Virus record (IMG/VR): IMGVR_UViG_3300024999_000029 | Span: 1 to 64,000 of that record | Strand: one strand, 5' to 3' | DNA: 64,000 bases | Part shown: positions 43,007 to 54,898 of the stretch, one piece after another | Position numbering within the stretch: position 1 is the stretch's first letter | How the letters are laid out: the number at the start of each line of letters is the position of its first letter | Notes under the pieces: model-generated | What the model was told of the DNA's origin: nothing | Seen by the model: only the letters and a program-made list of their open reading frames with translations | The model's database searches: none | Position numbers and translations under genes: made by a program

Positions 43007-43360
43007 ATTGGCACTTCATACTATCCTCAGACCATTCATACTCTCTATGATTGTCGCTTCCGCATTTTGGACATGGAGCTATTTGCATATTGTATATCTC
43101 CTCATAGAATTCTCCGCTACTGAAACCGTCTGAAAGATCTGGACTATATTTGCTTATGAAATTTAAACATCTATTGCATAAATAATAGTTATTAAATTCC
43201 CCTTCATACATTCCAGATTCATTATTGCAGCTCTCGCCAATTTCAATTTTTCTACCACAATACTCACAAATATGAACTTTTCTAGTCTTTTTAATATTTT
43301 TACTATTCCAAAAACTCATATCTTTACCTCACTTTTATATTTCACTTTCTTTCTAGTATT

Positions 43361-43389
43361 ATATTACCAAACTTTGGTTTTGGTGTCAA
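43361..43389 (-). promoter_or_regulatory. SigA-type promoter
   Basis: TTGACA-17 nt-TAATAT. Confidence 0.7.
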
Positions 43390-43427
43390 CATATATTTTA
43401 TATTTTAGTTAATTGAATTTGAGATGA

Positions 43428-45401
43428 TTAATCAATCATCTCAATAAACTCTGCCTCGGTCAGAACAGGAACTCCATCCTTTTTAGCCTTATCAACTTTT
43501 GAAGAAGATTCTAAACTTCCTTCAATCAAATAATTAAGAGATTTTGCATATCCAGAAGCAAACTCAGCACCTAAACTCTCAAGCAATGACTTAATCTGAT
43601 CCTTTTTGTAATTAGCAAACTTCCCTGTGGCGTATATTTTCTTACCCTTAAAAGGATTATCTGATGCAATGGCTTTAACTTCTTCTTTGTTAATTGTAAT
43701 ATTATCCAGTAAGAAAACAGTGTGAATATAGTTTTTCTTACATTTAAAGTATTCAATAACTGATTGAGCAGTTATATCTCCAAAATCTTCAATCTTAGTT
43801 AAATCATAATTATTATTTATAGCACTTAAAAGCTCATCAATATCATTATTAAAGTGTTTTGATAATCTCTTTGCTCCGCCAAGTCCAATTTGACTAATCC
43901 CTAATGCATATAAAAAGTTACACATATCGATTTTCCTTGATTTATCAATGGCAACAATTAGATTATTATAAGATTTAACTCCAAAGCCATCCATTGTGAC
44001 TATTTCTTTCTTATATTGTTCTAGTTTAAAAATATCAGTGAAGTTTATTAAATATCCTTTATCAATAAACTTTTCCAATGTGGCTTCAGACAATCCTTCA
44101 ATATTCATAGCATCTCTAGAAACAAAATGGACAAACTTCTTTAATAATTTAGCATAACAATCATCGTTTGTACAATACAATACCTTACTTTCGTTTAATT
44201 GCTCTATAATGGTAATACCACCACATACAGGACAATGTTGAGGAATTTTTAACGTATTACTTCTAGTCAGATTTTCTTCTATCTGTGGTATTATCATATT
44301 TGCTTTATATACAGTAATAATATCTCCGACACCTAATTCTAATTCTTCCAGTATGCTTAAATTATGTACGCTTGCTTTAGTTACAGAAGTTCCATCTATT
44401 TCAACAGGTTCAAAATTTGCTACAGGTGTTATTGTTCCCGTTCTGCCAACTTGCCAGTCAATATTAATCAATGTAGTTTCTTGTAATAAATCCTCAAATT
44501 TATAAGCTATACTGTGTAAGGGATGGTGAGAAGTTTCTCCTAATGAATTTGAATAAGATACTGAATCAAAACTTCCTACTACTCCATCTATTGGTAAATA
44601 TAACTCTTCGGCAGTAGATTTCATTAAATCAACATAATATTTACTAAATGAATCCGCTACTCCAGATATCTTTTTGCTAATTATAATTTGAAACCCTAAA
44701 TTACTTAACCAGTCAAATCTAGCATCTTTAGAATCAGATAATTGTTCATCACATTCAAGAATATTGAAACCATAAAAATAAACTTGTCTTTCTGAACACA
44801 TTTTACTATCAAGCTGCCTTACTGATCCTGCTACAAGATTTCTAGGTGTTTTGTATTTTTCACCTTCTGGCAATTTTGAATTAATATCATCAAAATCATT
44901 TTTATGTATTATAGCTTCTCCAGTTATTTTCAATTTACCTTTAAACGATATGGTAAGTGGTAAGTTTTTAAACACTTTAGCATTATGCGTGACTATTTCT
45001 CCAACTTCTCCATTCCCTCTAGTAGATGCTTCAATCAAAGTACCATTGTCATAATCCAATTCAATAGTTAAACCATCCGCTTTGAGCATTAAAATTATAT
45101 CTCTATTTTTTCTCCAGTTATTTAATTCATCTATGGACTTAGTTTTATCTAGTGACTTTAAAGGAATAAGATGTCTAACCTTCTGGAGTTTAGATATAAC
45201 TTCATATCCTGCTCTTTGTGTTGGGCTATTTGATAATATCAACCCCGATTCTAACTCTAGAGACTTTAATTCATCAAACAGCTTGTCGTACGTCTTATCC
45301 GTAAGAGTTGGCTTATTAAGATTATAATAAGCATTACAAGCTTCATTTAGTAATTTTACCAATTCATTAATTCTTTCAATTTTATTCATATTGACCTCCA
45401 T
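43428..45401 (-). CDS. ligA: NAD-dependent DNA ligase
   Basis: YDKLFDEL, SLDK, KADG, STRGNG, GEA, PRNLVAGS, DGVV, AYKF, GRTG, Zn finger, HhH, BRCT. Confidence 0.95.
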   Translation of the reverse strand: MEVNMNKIERINELVKLLNEACNAYYNLNKPTLTDKTYDKLFDELKSLELESGLILSNSPTQRAGYEVISKLQKVRHLIPLKSLDKTKSIDELNNWRKNRDIILMLKADGLTIELDYDNGTLIEASTRGNGEVGEIVTHNAKVFKNLPLTISFKGKLKITGEAIIHKNDFDDINSKLPEGEKYKTPRNLVAGSVRQLDSKMCSERQVYFYGFNILECDEQLSDSKDARFDWLSNLGFQIIISKKISGVADSFSKYYVDLMKSTAEELYLPIDGVVGSFDSVSYSNSLGETSHHPLHSIAYKFEDLLQETTLINIDWQVGRTGTITPVANFEPVEIDGTSVTKASVHNLSILEELELGVGDIITVYKANMIIPQIEENLTRSNTLKIPQHCPVCGGITIIEQLNESKVLYCTNDDCYAKLLKKFVHFVSRDAMNIEGLSEATLEKFIDKGYLINFTDIFKLEQYKKEIVTMDGFGVKSYNNLIVAIDKSRKIDMCNFLYALGISQIGLGGAKRLSKHFNNDIDELLSAINNNYDLTKIEDFGDITAQSVIEYFKCKKNYIHTVFLLDNITINKEEVKAIASDNPFKGKKIYATGKFANYKKDQIKSLLESLGAEFASGYAKSLNYLIEGSLESSSKVDKAKKDGVPVLTEAEFIEMID

Positions 45402-45427
45402 TTTTATATTTTTATTAAATTTAAAAC

Positions 45428-46651
45428 TTAAACTACCGTAATACCCTTAAACATTGATAAATTGCCAGTAATCTTTTCGCCAACCCTTAAAAACAACCCC
45501 GATGGCTCATTATTAATTAAAAACGAACCAATTAATAATTTTCCTTTGTAAACTCCGTCCCAAGTATTAATTTCTTCATCTGGCATTTCTATATATTGCT
45601 GATATATTTTCTTTTGATTATAGTAATAAGATGTATCATCTTCTATCAATTCGCCATCATTGATAATTGACACTCCTCCTCCCTCTCTGCCAAAAATAGG
45701 TTTTGAAACATAGCCATCATTGAATTTATCCGAAGTAAAGTATGTTGGTAAGAAATGTCTTTTAATAATAATTAATTCTTCTTTCGAGAATACCGAATTT
45801 TTGCTTTCATACAATTCCCATATAATTGCCATAATAGCTTTAGATTGCATAATAAAAGCCGATGGAGGATTGATAATTTTAATATTACCATTAATTATAT
45901 GATCAATAAACATTTGTCCTATCTTTTTACCATTTTCATTTTCATCGACATCATCACAAAGATACTCAATTGGATATAAACGATATAAGTAGTTTATTCT
46001 TCGCCCGTCTGGCGTAAAAATACCATCTTCAGCAACATATAATTCATCTAATGGTATGTATTCAGTGATATGGTCACAATATTTTTGTATAAACTGTGTT
46101 GTTCTTTTATCTTCTTCGTGCCATCCATAAGAGGTAAAAAATATAGTCTCATATTTTGGAATGTCATACTCTTTAATTATTTGTTCCCATGATTTTTGAA
46201 TATTTTTTTCAAGATTATTAAAAGATTCATACCCATTTTCTGCACAAATCATTTTATTGCATATAGAAGTTTCTAAATATCCAGTTGGAGTATCACAATT
46301 GACCTCAATAACTTTTATTTGATTATCTTTTACTATTAAATCCATTCTTGTGAAGTAACTAAATAATTTGCTATATATTTTACTTAATTCCATTGTTCCT
46401 ATGGGTAATCCTAATTTCTGAAGGTATTTAAAATTATTAAATACGTATTCGTATGTTTTTTGATAGATATTACCGATATCTTTTGTTGCTTGATTAATAT
46501 TATCCCATAATTCCTTATTCATTTTATAAACATCAAAAGACATATATTGATTCCACTCATCATTTTCTAAAAGACTTCCCCAAGTAAAACCGTTTAAAAT
46601 CATTTTATCATTTATTTCTAGCCATTTTTTTAAATACTCATTATTGTTCAT
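45428..46651 (-). CDS. Glutathionylspermidine-synthase-family ATP-grasp ligase (YgiC/YjfC-like)
   Basis: RMD, KVIEVNCDTPTG, EDKRTT, LYRLYPIE, IMQSKA, YVSKPIFGREG, YQQY, LLIGSF, GLFLR. Confidence 0.9.
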   Translation of the reverse strand: MNNNEYLKKWLEINDKMILNGFTWGSLLENDEWNQYMSFDVYKMNKELWDNINQATKDIGNIYQKTYEYVFNNFKYLQKLGLPIGTMELSKIYSKLFSYFTRMDLIVKDNQIKVIEVNCDTPTGYLETSICNKMICAENGYESFNNLEKNIQKSWEQIIKEYDIPKYETIFFTSYGWHEEDKRTTQFIQKYCDHITEYIPLDELYVAEDGIFTPDGRRINYLYRLYPIEYLCDDVDENENGKKIGQMFIDHIINGNIKIINPPSAFIMQSKAIMAIIWELYESKNSVFSKEELIIIKRHFLPTYFTSDKFNDGYVSKPIFGREGGGVSIINDGELIEDDTSYYYNQKKIYQQYIEMPDEEINTWDGVYKGKLLIGSFLINNEPSGLFLRVGEKITGNLSMFKGITVV

Positions 46652-46893
46652 TATGAAACCACTCCTCCGTGAGAACTGCCGATACCTGTAGAACCATGTG
46701 GTGAAAATATACCGCTTTTTGTTGTAGTGCTTTTCCCTGAATTAATAGTATGTGCTGGAATAACAGTAGTTCCATTTCTTTTACGGTCTTTTTCGTCATC
46801 TCTTACTTGTGGTGAGCCACAACCAGTAAATAACATTGTAGTAACACCTAAAGCTGAGATAAGAGATAGCATTTTTTTATTTTTCATTTTCAT
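46651..46893 (-). CDS. Small lipoprotein with Gly/Ser-rich C-terminus
   Basis: LFTGC lipobox; tail GSTGIGSSHGGVVS; stop/start overlap with the ATP-grasp gene. Confidence 0.7.
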   Translation of the reverse strand: MKMKNKKMLSLISALGVTTMLFTGCGSPQVRDDEKDRKRNGTTVIPAHTINSGKSTTTKSGIFSPHGSTGIGSSHGGVVS

Positions 46894-47850
46894 AATTGTT
46901 TCTCCTTTTATATTTTATATTTTAGGGGTAAATAATATAGGTACACCTTTATCATCAATTAAAAAACATCCATCTTCATTTTTAATAATAGAAATACTAT
47001 ATTTATTTAATAACGCTTTAAACTCTTCTAAAAATTCACTGTTAATCATTTTCTCTCCCTTTTTATCAAAATAAATCTGTAAATTCCATTACCTTACAAC
47101 CTTCAAATTCTGCTCCCTTTTGTGTCTTATTTGCTTGTAACTGTTCTTTTTGTTCAATGAAAAAATAAGGATATTCTAAATATGTTTTATTATCCAATTC
47201 GTCAACATTAAAACCTAGTGTGCTTACGTAATTAATTACTTGCTGACACTGACTTTCATCTGTAACATGTATTGCTACTTCTCCATTTTTGAAGTTTTCT
47301 TCTAAAAACCTATTATTCATGTATTTTCCTCCATTTTATATTTTATTTTTAAATAAAATCTGATTTATATTAAATACCATGGCTTAATTCTTTGAAATTC
47401 TCTTGGGGTAAAAAATGTTACATAAGGCAAGTCGAAACCTTCCATATAAGCCTCATCCCACGTTCTTTTACATCTTGGATGATATCCGTCATCACTGTAA
47501 TATAATTGCCCATTTTCATATTTATATGGAATGCCCCATTTAGTATAAAATAATTTGCTGTGATGGTTTAAATTATTTTTTAGTTCTGTAAATTTAATAC
47601 CAAATCCAACGTCTATCTTTTCTATTTCAATTCTTGCCTTTTCTAATGCATTTAACATTTAACACCTCCTAAATCACTATAAATTTTAGTGTTTATTGAC
47701 TTTTTCATACATTTCCCGAAGTTCTTTAGCGCATTTTTTACAATAACATGGTACTGGATAACCATTCTGCCAAACAATATCAGGAGATTCTTCTAATTTA
47801 CATCTAGGACATTTCATATTAATCCTTCCTTTCCAAACGAAACTTAATTT

Positions 47851-48384
47851 TCATATACTTTTCTTCTCTTGTTTTATACTACGTTTCGGATGAACTACAT
47901 TAGGAGTAAATCCTGCTTTAATCAAAGCATTATTCCATGAACCAAAAAACCGTAAAACTCTACCAAGAGTAAGTTCATCCACATCATAACAGAATGGCAC
48001 TCTGTTTAATTCTATGTATTTTTCTTTTATTACATTTAATGCATCTATTTCATTGTTTGATAATGGTTTTTCTTTTAATAATTCTAATCCTGCATTAGAT
48101 AATGCGTTTTCCCATGATCCAAATTTATCAATAAAAATAATGGCTTTGGGGAATATCATTTCTGTATTATGAGGACTTCTTCCTAATTCTTTTGCTTTTA
48201 ATTTGAGTATATTAATCAAATCTTCTTCAGTTAAACTTTTTAATATAGCAGCATTAAAATTAGTTAAATGTTTAAAATGCAGTTTTATTATAATTATTTC
48301 TTCTTCGCTATATTTCTTTAATTCATTATTTTTAATCGACTCTTGTTTGAAATACTTAAGTATTTTCTCAGCTTCTTCATTCAT
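47851..48384 (-). CDS. Protein with two homing-endonuclease-associated repeats
   Basis: LGRSP...FGSWENALSNAGL and LNRVP...FGSWNNALIKAGF. Confidence 0.7.
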   Translation of the reverse strand: MNEEAEKILKYFKQESIKNNELKKYSEEEIIIIKLHFKHLTNFNAAILKSLTEEDLINILKLKAKELGRSPHNTEMIFPKAIIFIDKFGSWENALSNAGLELLKEKPLSNNEIDALNVIKEKYIELNRVPFCYDVDELTLGRVLRFFGSWNNALIKAGFTPNVVHPKRSIKQEKKSI

Positions 48385-51054
48385 CTAAAATCACCTATTT
48401 ATTCAAGGTTTTAATATACTTTAATTATACTAAAAATCTCATTAAAACTCAAATTTGATATTAATTTACGCACCAATATTGGCTACCAATACTACTTGTT
48501 CAACATCAATATTAATTTCAGTTACTTTTAATTTAGCTTTTTTAAAATCATCGCTACTCAATCTTGATAGTATTTCTGCACTCGGCTCGTCTTTAGCAAT
48601 AACTACCATCTCAAAATCTTCACACCAACTTGCGTTATCTATTCGTTCAATTTTAAAACATTTCATTATGCCCCTCCTCATTTAAATTAAATTCAAGTTT
48701 CATTGAATTTTAATAATTACATTACCATCTATATCTTTTAAAGTTATACCATTATTGTCTTGTATTAGCTCTCCATTATTTGTTTTAGATATTATCGAAC
48801 CTTTAAATGTTTGATTATCATATGTTTGATTACCATATTTTTGCTGTATATTATGATACGAATATATTCCAAATATAATGAAAACAATTAATATAATTAA
48901 CATATTTTAATACTCCTTTCTTAAATTAAAATTCAAATTTGATTTGAAAATGCTAATATATATTTCATCCTTGCAACTTGTAATTTTAATCCTTTATCTA
49001 AATTTTCCATATTGTTAAATTTATCATAAAGCTCTTGCACTTTTTCTAAAGTTAATAAAAATCTTTTGTCGCAATTTACTTTTATACCTGTCTGCATACA
49101 CAAACACTCACATAATTCCGTATCACCTCTATTAATAATGCCTAATAATTTTACAGTGTAAGTTTTGTGATGTTCGGCATATCTAGCTTTCCCACTTATA
49201 AATACATCAAATGCATAAACTGCGTTTAAGTATAACTTATCTTTATTTCTCATATTCCACTCAGCTCCAATTAAATTTCATTTTTTAAAATACCCAACAA
49301 TTCTTTCAGCATCTTATTATTTTCCTTAACCATTTCATAAACTTCTTCAACAAATAATTCCTTTTCTAGCATTGCAATATTATTACTTTTCTTTCTCAAT
49401 CTACTAATAACTGCAACCAACTTACTTTTATATGCTTCTGGAGTATTTTCAACCTTCAATATCTCTTTTTCTTCCTTAACTTCATACGCATACTTAACTA
49501 ATCTATCCCATTCTTCATATGTAAACATCTTTTCTACTGCCTCAATTGCTTCTTTATTAATATATGAACCATCTGATTCATTTCTAGGTTGAATATTTGC
49601 AAGGCTTCTTCTGGTTTTATACACACTTATTCCAACCATTTCAGTCTTTTGCTTCTTAGTTAATCCATGTTTCCAGACTGTGCGGAAGTCTTTTTTGGTT
49701 ATTGTAATTGATTTTTGCATATGTTTACCTCCAATATTTCAATAAACGAGAGAGTTTATTCAATTTCTAATTCTAAAATAGTAATATTTTGATTATTATT
49801 CATCATAAATATTGCAAACGTTTTAAAACTATCAAAAGTTTCTTCCCATATTTCTTCATCGTTATTAATATTATACTTCCATTTCATATAAACTCGCATA
49901 CTATATTTCTCCATTTCATTAAAAGTTTCATTTTAAATTAACTCACTAAGCTATCAATCTTTTCTTGTAGCGTGGACAAATCTTCTTTTAGATTCTTTAA
50001 TTTTAATATTTTTTGGTTGATTTCAGTATCTAACATATTTTTAACCTCTTCATTAAATCCATCTTTATTAATTAATTCTTTCAAAAATCCTTTTATAATT
50101 TCTGTCTGAGGATATCCTTTAGTAATATCTTTAAACTCCCAAGACTTAAAATAATTATTAACAAACATATTTTCTATTAGCTGATAAACTGCATCACATG
50201 CTATTGCATTATTGATTTCTTCTTTATTGTCTAAGTATATCTTTTTTCTAAAAGATTGCTGATCATAGCCTAATCCAGCTAACCACTTTTCCAAAGGTTC
50301 AACTTTTGTAATGCATCTATAATCTTCATCTAATAAATAAGATACAATTCCATCAAAATATCTTCGTCTTACATTTTCAAATCTTTCAAACATCCAAGTC
50401 TCAACATCATCACATATACTACCAAAAACTTCATCATTAAATTTTTTCTGCAATGATTCAATGGTTTTTATAGTTTTATCAAGCACCAAATCTTTTGTTT
50501 CTTCCATATTGTCCTCAAAATCAAATTGACTTCTATACATAGTCTCCTCCTATTAAAATAATACTTTCATGGCAATTTATAAGAATATACCCATTTAGGG
50601 AATTTACCATCTTGACATAATCCTGATCTAACTCCATGCGCCCATCTATGTAATAATCCTTTTTTATTCATTGTTAAAAGTAACTTTGATAATTCCTTAC
50701 ATTTTGGCGCACCTAATCCTATAAACTCAAATTTTGTATTATATTTATCAATAAACGCATTAACAAAATCGTCATCTAATATATCCACAAATGCACAAAA
50801 TTCTTTTGATTTTAAATAATTTATAATCCATTCCTCTTTATCTGTCATGCCATCGCCTCCAATCAAATTTACTTTTATATTAATGTCTACAATCTGGACA
50901 ATCATCGTAGTTATGACCATGCTCACACATTGCACTTAAATACTCTTTATACTTACATTGCCATTTTTGAAAATGTATAATGGCTCTTCTATAAAACAAA
51001 TTAAGCCATAATTTCTGATACCATTTTAAGTTATATCCATCCCAAAAATTTATT

Positions 51055-51270
51055 CTATTCATCCAATCTGTCCTCTTTTCTACCTAATAAATAATCAACC
51101 GACACGCAAAAGTAATCCGCAATCTTACACAGCATAGTCGTATTGGGTTGCCTCTGCCCTTTTTCATATCTATTAATCGTTGGATCACTAACTCCCAACA
51201 TAATGCCTAATTCTTCTTGTGAAATATTCATTTCTTCTCTTAATAGCTTTAGTCTATCGCCTTGAAACAT
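51055..51270 (-). CDS. XRE-family HTH regulator
   Basis: RLKLLREE..SQEELG..G V S..TINRYEKG.RQP...IADYFCVSVDYLLG. Confidence 0.92.
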   Translation of the reverse strand: MFQGDRLKLLREEMNISQEELGIMLGVSDPTINRYEKGQRQPNTTMLCKIADYFCVSVDYLLGRKEDRLDE

Positions 51271-52222
51271 AATTTTCTCCTCTTAATGGACAATCTTTAT
51301 CTCTTATATCTTCTACTCTATTCACAAATTGTTGCCCAGATACTGCTCCCTTTATTTTGCAATAATATCTATCGCTTAAAAAATAACACTCTCCACAATT
51401 TTTAGGTAACTCATCCACTACGATTTCTCTTATTTTCATATTGCCTTACCTTTCTTAATAAACTTTCACTTTTATCTAATCCCTATATGTTCGATTGTGT
51501 TTCCGCATTGAGTACATTCCACAATCACTTGTTTTCCACCATCATAATAATCCCAAGGTTTAATATTTATCTCTTTGCCAGATTTTTCAAGGTCAATTGA
51601 ATTATCATATTCAACCCGTTTTATTTTCGATTTTGCTCCGCATTTTTCGCACTTTATAGTAAATCCTTTATCCACATTCTCACTCCCAATCAAATTTTTC
51701 TTTTATATAAACTTTGATTTTCCACTTGCATATACTTTAAAAATCTATCATATATTTCATCTTTTACACTATAGCCAATTTTAATTGCTGCAATTAAAGT
51801 ATCTTCAGTACTTATATTCAAACTTTTTGCTTGTTCCACTGTATTATGAAAAATTGGATCATTTTGATATAATTTTAGCAATTCATTATCATTTTCTATT
51901 ATTTCACTTATATCTCTCATTTTATTTTCCTCCATTTCTGCAACCCTACTCTCCGTAAGGCTTCAAATTAATATTTCCATATAAAACTGTGATTTTATGG
52001 CATTTTATATTTTTCTATTTCTCTTAACATTGGGATAAAATTATCATCTATTTTGGTTAAAAATTCATCCCTAAAATGCTCTATTGTCATATCTGGTGTT
52101 ATGTATCCTAATTCTAAATTATGCTTTAAAAATGCAAACAATTTATTAATGAATTCTTGTAATTTTTCTGAGTTTTCCATATATTCCTCTCCTTTCTAAT
52201 TTTATAAAATATCCTTTTCATT

Positions 52223-52870
52223 TTAATCACTAATCAACCCATGTTCCAGCTTTAAACCTTTTAATCCTGTTGAAATAATCTTATGAATTATAGATCCCTC
52301 AACCTCTCCTTTTGCTTCTAAAACTGTTTTATCCATCTGTTCATTAAAACTTTTGGCTACAAAAGGAATATTAGACCTAACTTCTTGCCTTAACATATTA
52401 ATTTCGTGTAATATATCTTCTCTATCTCTTTTTGTTAAATTCTTTTTATTGTTAAGTAGTATTTCTGTATTAGTAGTTAATTGATTTAATTTTAAATCCA
52501 ACTCTGCCATTCTTTCTTTGAATTCGTTTTCAAATCCTTGACGCTTATTAACACTAGGACAACTTTCTATCTCTTTTTCACCTAGATATTTCAAAGTAAC
52601 TGGCACTCCATCCCCCTGATTTAACGTTGTGATTGCTTCGGCAAACTGATTACTAGACATTTCTATTTCTATATATTTTTTACCGCCATGATACCAATCC
52701 CTATTTAAATGTCTATCTACGCTTCCTTCAGCTATTCTTAATCTAATTGTATTTGAATGCTTAATGGAACTACCGAATAAATTCATTCCCTCATTACAAT
52801 TCACTCTACTAATTTGAAGCATTGCGTAGCTTTCGTGCTTATCTGTAATCCTATCTTCCATAATTATCAC
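52223..52870 (-). CDS. Hypothetical phage protein
   Basis: 215 aa; stop abuts boundary site 52203-52222. Confidence 0.65.
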   Translation of the reverse strand: MIIMEDRITDKHESYAMLQISRVNCNEGMNLFGSSIKHSNTIRLRIAEGSVDRHLNRDWYHGGKKYIEIEMSSNQFAEAITTLNQGDGVPVTLKYLGEKEIESCPSVNKRQGFENEFKERMAELDLKLNQLTTNTEILLNNKKNLTKRDREDILHEINMLRQEVRSNIPFVAKSFNEQMDKTVLEAKGEVEGSIIHKIISTGLKGLKLEHGLISD

Positions 52871-53565
52871 CCTCCATTTTATTAAAAATTATAAAATTCT
52901 TTTACTATTTTTATGCTGTTTTTTATCTCGTCTGTTAAACTACTATTGTAAGCATCATAGTCTAATAATTCTTTTATATCTTGCAAAAAATAATCGTCTA
53001 CCCATATAGCTTTTTCAATTTCTAATTCCGCCTGTAGTATATGTGGAGATCCTTTTGTTTTTGCTAAAAATTTTATAGCAGACACTACATCTTCGCTATA
53101 TTTTTTCAACAAATAGTTTCTTGAATCTTCAAATTCTGAATACATTAACAATCTCATGCTATCCTCCATCCCATAAATCTATAATTTTAACTTAAATATG
53201 TTATACAATACCAAATTCCTATAGCTCCTATTAAAGTTATCAGCAATCTCATTAAATCAATGTATTTTTCATCTACTTTTAATTTTTCTAAGATATTATC
53301 CTTAATTCCAATTAATGCTGTAAGTAAAATTACGATTACTATTGCGATTGTCATTATATCTCCTTATTCAATTTTTCTATCTTTATTATATCACCGCAAC
53401 CACTACATAGCTTATAGAAAATTACCACTCCTTTCTCCGAATTATACTTAATTGTTTTGTTTGGCTCAGTTTCACAATCTGGACAAACAAACTTTTCATC
53501 TTTTAATATAGCTGATTTAGTTATTTTTGTTTTTGTATTTTTAATCATTGATATATCTCCTCTTT

Positions 53566-53594
53566 ATTATACTTTTATATTTTATTTCTGTCAA
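53566..53594 (-). promoter_or_regulatory. Consensus SigA promoter
   Basis: TTGACA-17 nt-TATAAT. Confidence 0.85.
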
Positions 53595-53969
53595 GCAATA
53601 ATCTCCCCTTTATTCTATTATATGTAAGAAGATTATCGCCTATACTTTATTGAATAAATTCATTGAATATTTCAGTCCTAATACTTGCGGATTCTTCGTC
53701 ACTATTTTTTAGCATCTCCAATCTAATATATTCCTTCGCCAAATGATTGCCTTTTTTAGCCAAATGCAATACTTCAGAGTCAAAATCGACACTTTCTATG
53801 TCCAACCCTGCAATTTCCATTACCGTTATTAACCTCTTTTTAAACACTTCTTCCATGTTATTCAACATTCTGTTAAAACTACAAAATGCTCCTTCCATTT
53901 TTTCTATTGCTTTCGGGGTTGTAATCATTTCTCTTACTGCCTCTTCAAATAAATTCATACATTGACCTC

Positions 53970-54225
53970 CCTTTTGTATTTTGGAATTTTTATTTTGTTA
54001 CATTTTATTACAAATATGTTGACGGTTTACACTATAATAGATATAATGTTTTAGGTTTACTAATACGACAAATAAATGTATAATTACAATAACAATCGTA
54101 TTAATGATGTGGTGTGAAAAATTTCTTACTTTGGATTTGTTTACAAATTAATATTACCACAATCATTAATATAGTCAATAGGTTTTTATTAGTTTTATGA
54201 ATAATTTTAATATAAGGAGAATATA
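53970..54225. promoter_or_regulatory. Divergent promoter/operator region
   Basis: Plus strand TTGACG-17-TATAAT (54019-54047) towards the repressor; minus strand TTGACT-16-TAATAT (54178-54151); inverted repeat TAATACGA...TCGTATTA. Confidence 0.7.
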
Positions 54226-54864
54226 ATGGCAACTAACCGAATAACCACATTAAGACTTAGCAAGAAAATGGAACAAGAAGATTTGGCGAAAATACTAGAT
54301 AAATCCCAAAGTTCGATATCTATTTATGAAAAAGATATTAGAAAAACACCAGTTGAAGTGCTTGAAAAGCTTGCAGATATGTTTAGTACAACTGTAGACT
54401 ATTTATTAGGCATTACCGACATAGAACAAACGCCCGATAATTTAATAGGAATGAATGATGTAATAAAAGTACCCATTATTGGTACAATTCGTGCAGGAAG
54501 CCCCATTTTCGCACAAGAGAACGTGGAAGATTATTTGCCTTTACCAAGAGATCATTCAATCAATCATAAAGACAATTTCGCTTTGAGAGTGATAGGAGAT
54601 AGTATGATTGAGGCTGGTATACAACATGGTGACACATTATTAGTAAAGAAGCAAGAGTGGTTAGACACAGATGGAGATATAATGGTGGTAGTAGTTAATA
54701 GTGACAGTGAAGCAACTGTAAAGCGTATGCACAAAGATAAGGACGGAATAGTACTGCAGCCAGCTAATAAAAATTATCGACCTTTAGTTATAAATAAAAA
54801 AGATTTAGATAGTGTAAAAATACTAGGTAAGGTTATTAAAATACTTCTTCGGGACATAAAGTAA
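54226..54864 (+). CDS. LexA/CI-like repressor (XRE HTH + S24 peptidase)
   Basis: HTH N-terminus; IRAG cleavage site, FALRVIGDSM, ATVKR; the only convincing plus-strand gene. Confidence 0.92.
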   Translation: MATNRITTLRLSKKMEQEDLAKILDKSQSSISIYEKDIRKTPVEVLEKLADMFSTTVDYLLGITDIEQTPDNLIGMNDVIKVPIIGTIRAGSPIFAQENVEDYLPLPRDHSINHKDNFALRVIGDSMIEAGIQHGDTLLVKKQEWLDTDGDIMVVVVNSDSEATVKRMHKDKDGIVLQPANKNYRPLVINKKDLDSVKILGKVIKILLRDIK

Positions 54865-54890
54865 AAAGATGCATATGCATCTTTTTACTT
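54859..54890. terminator. 32-bp perfect palindrome between convergent genes (bidirectional terminator candidate)
   Basis: AAGTAAAAAGATGCATATGCATCTTTTTACTT. Confidence 0.75.
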
Positions 54891-54898
54891 CCTCTTTC

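Larger units (their letters stand above)
3594..43410 (-). repeat. Polar 15-mer AACTAAAATATAAAA (8 exact copies, same orientation)
   Basis: 3594, 10729, 16705, 19615, 29086, 33349, 41413, 43396. Confidence 0.65.
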
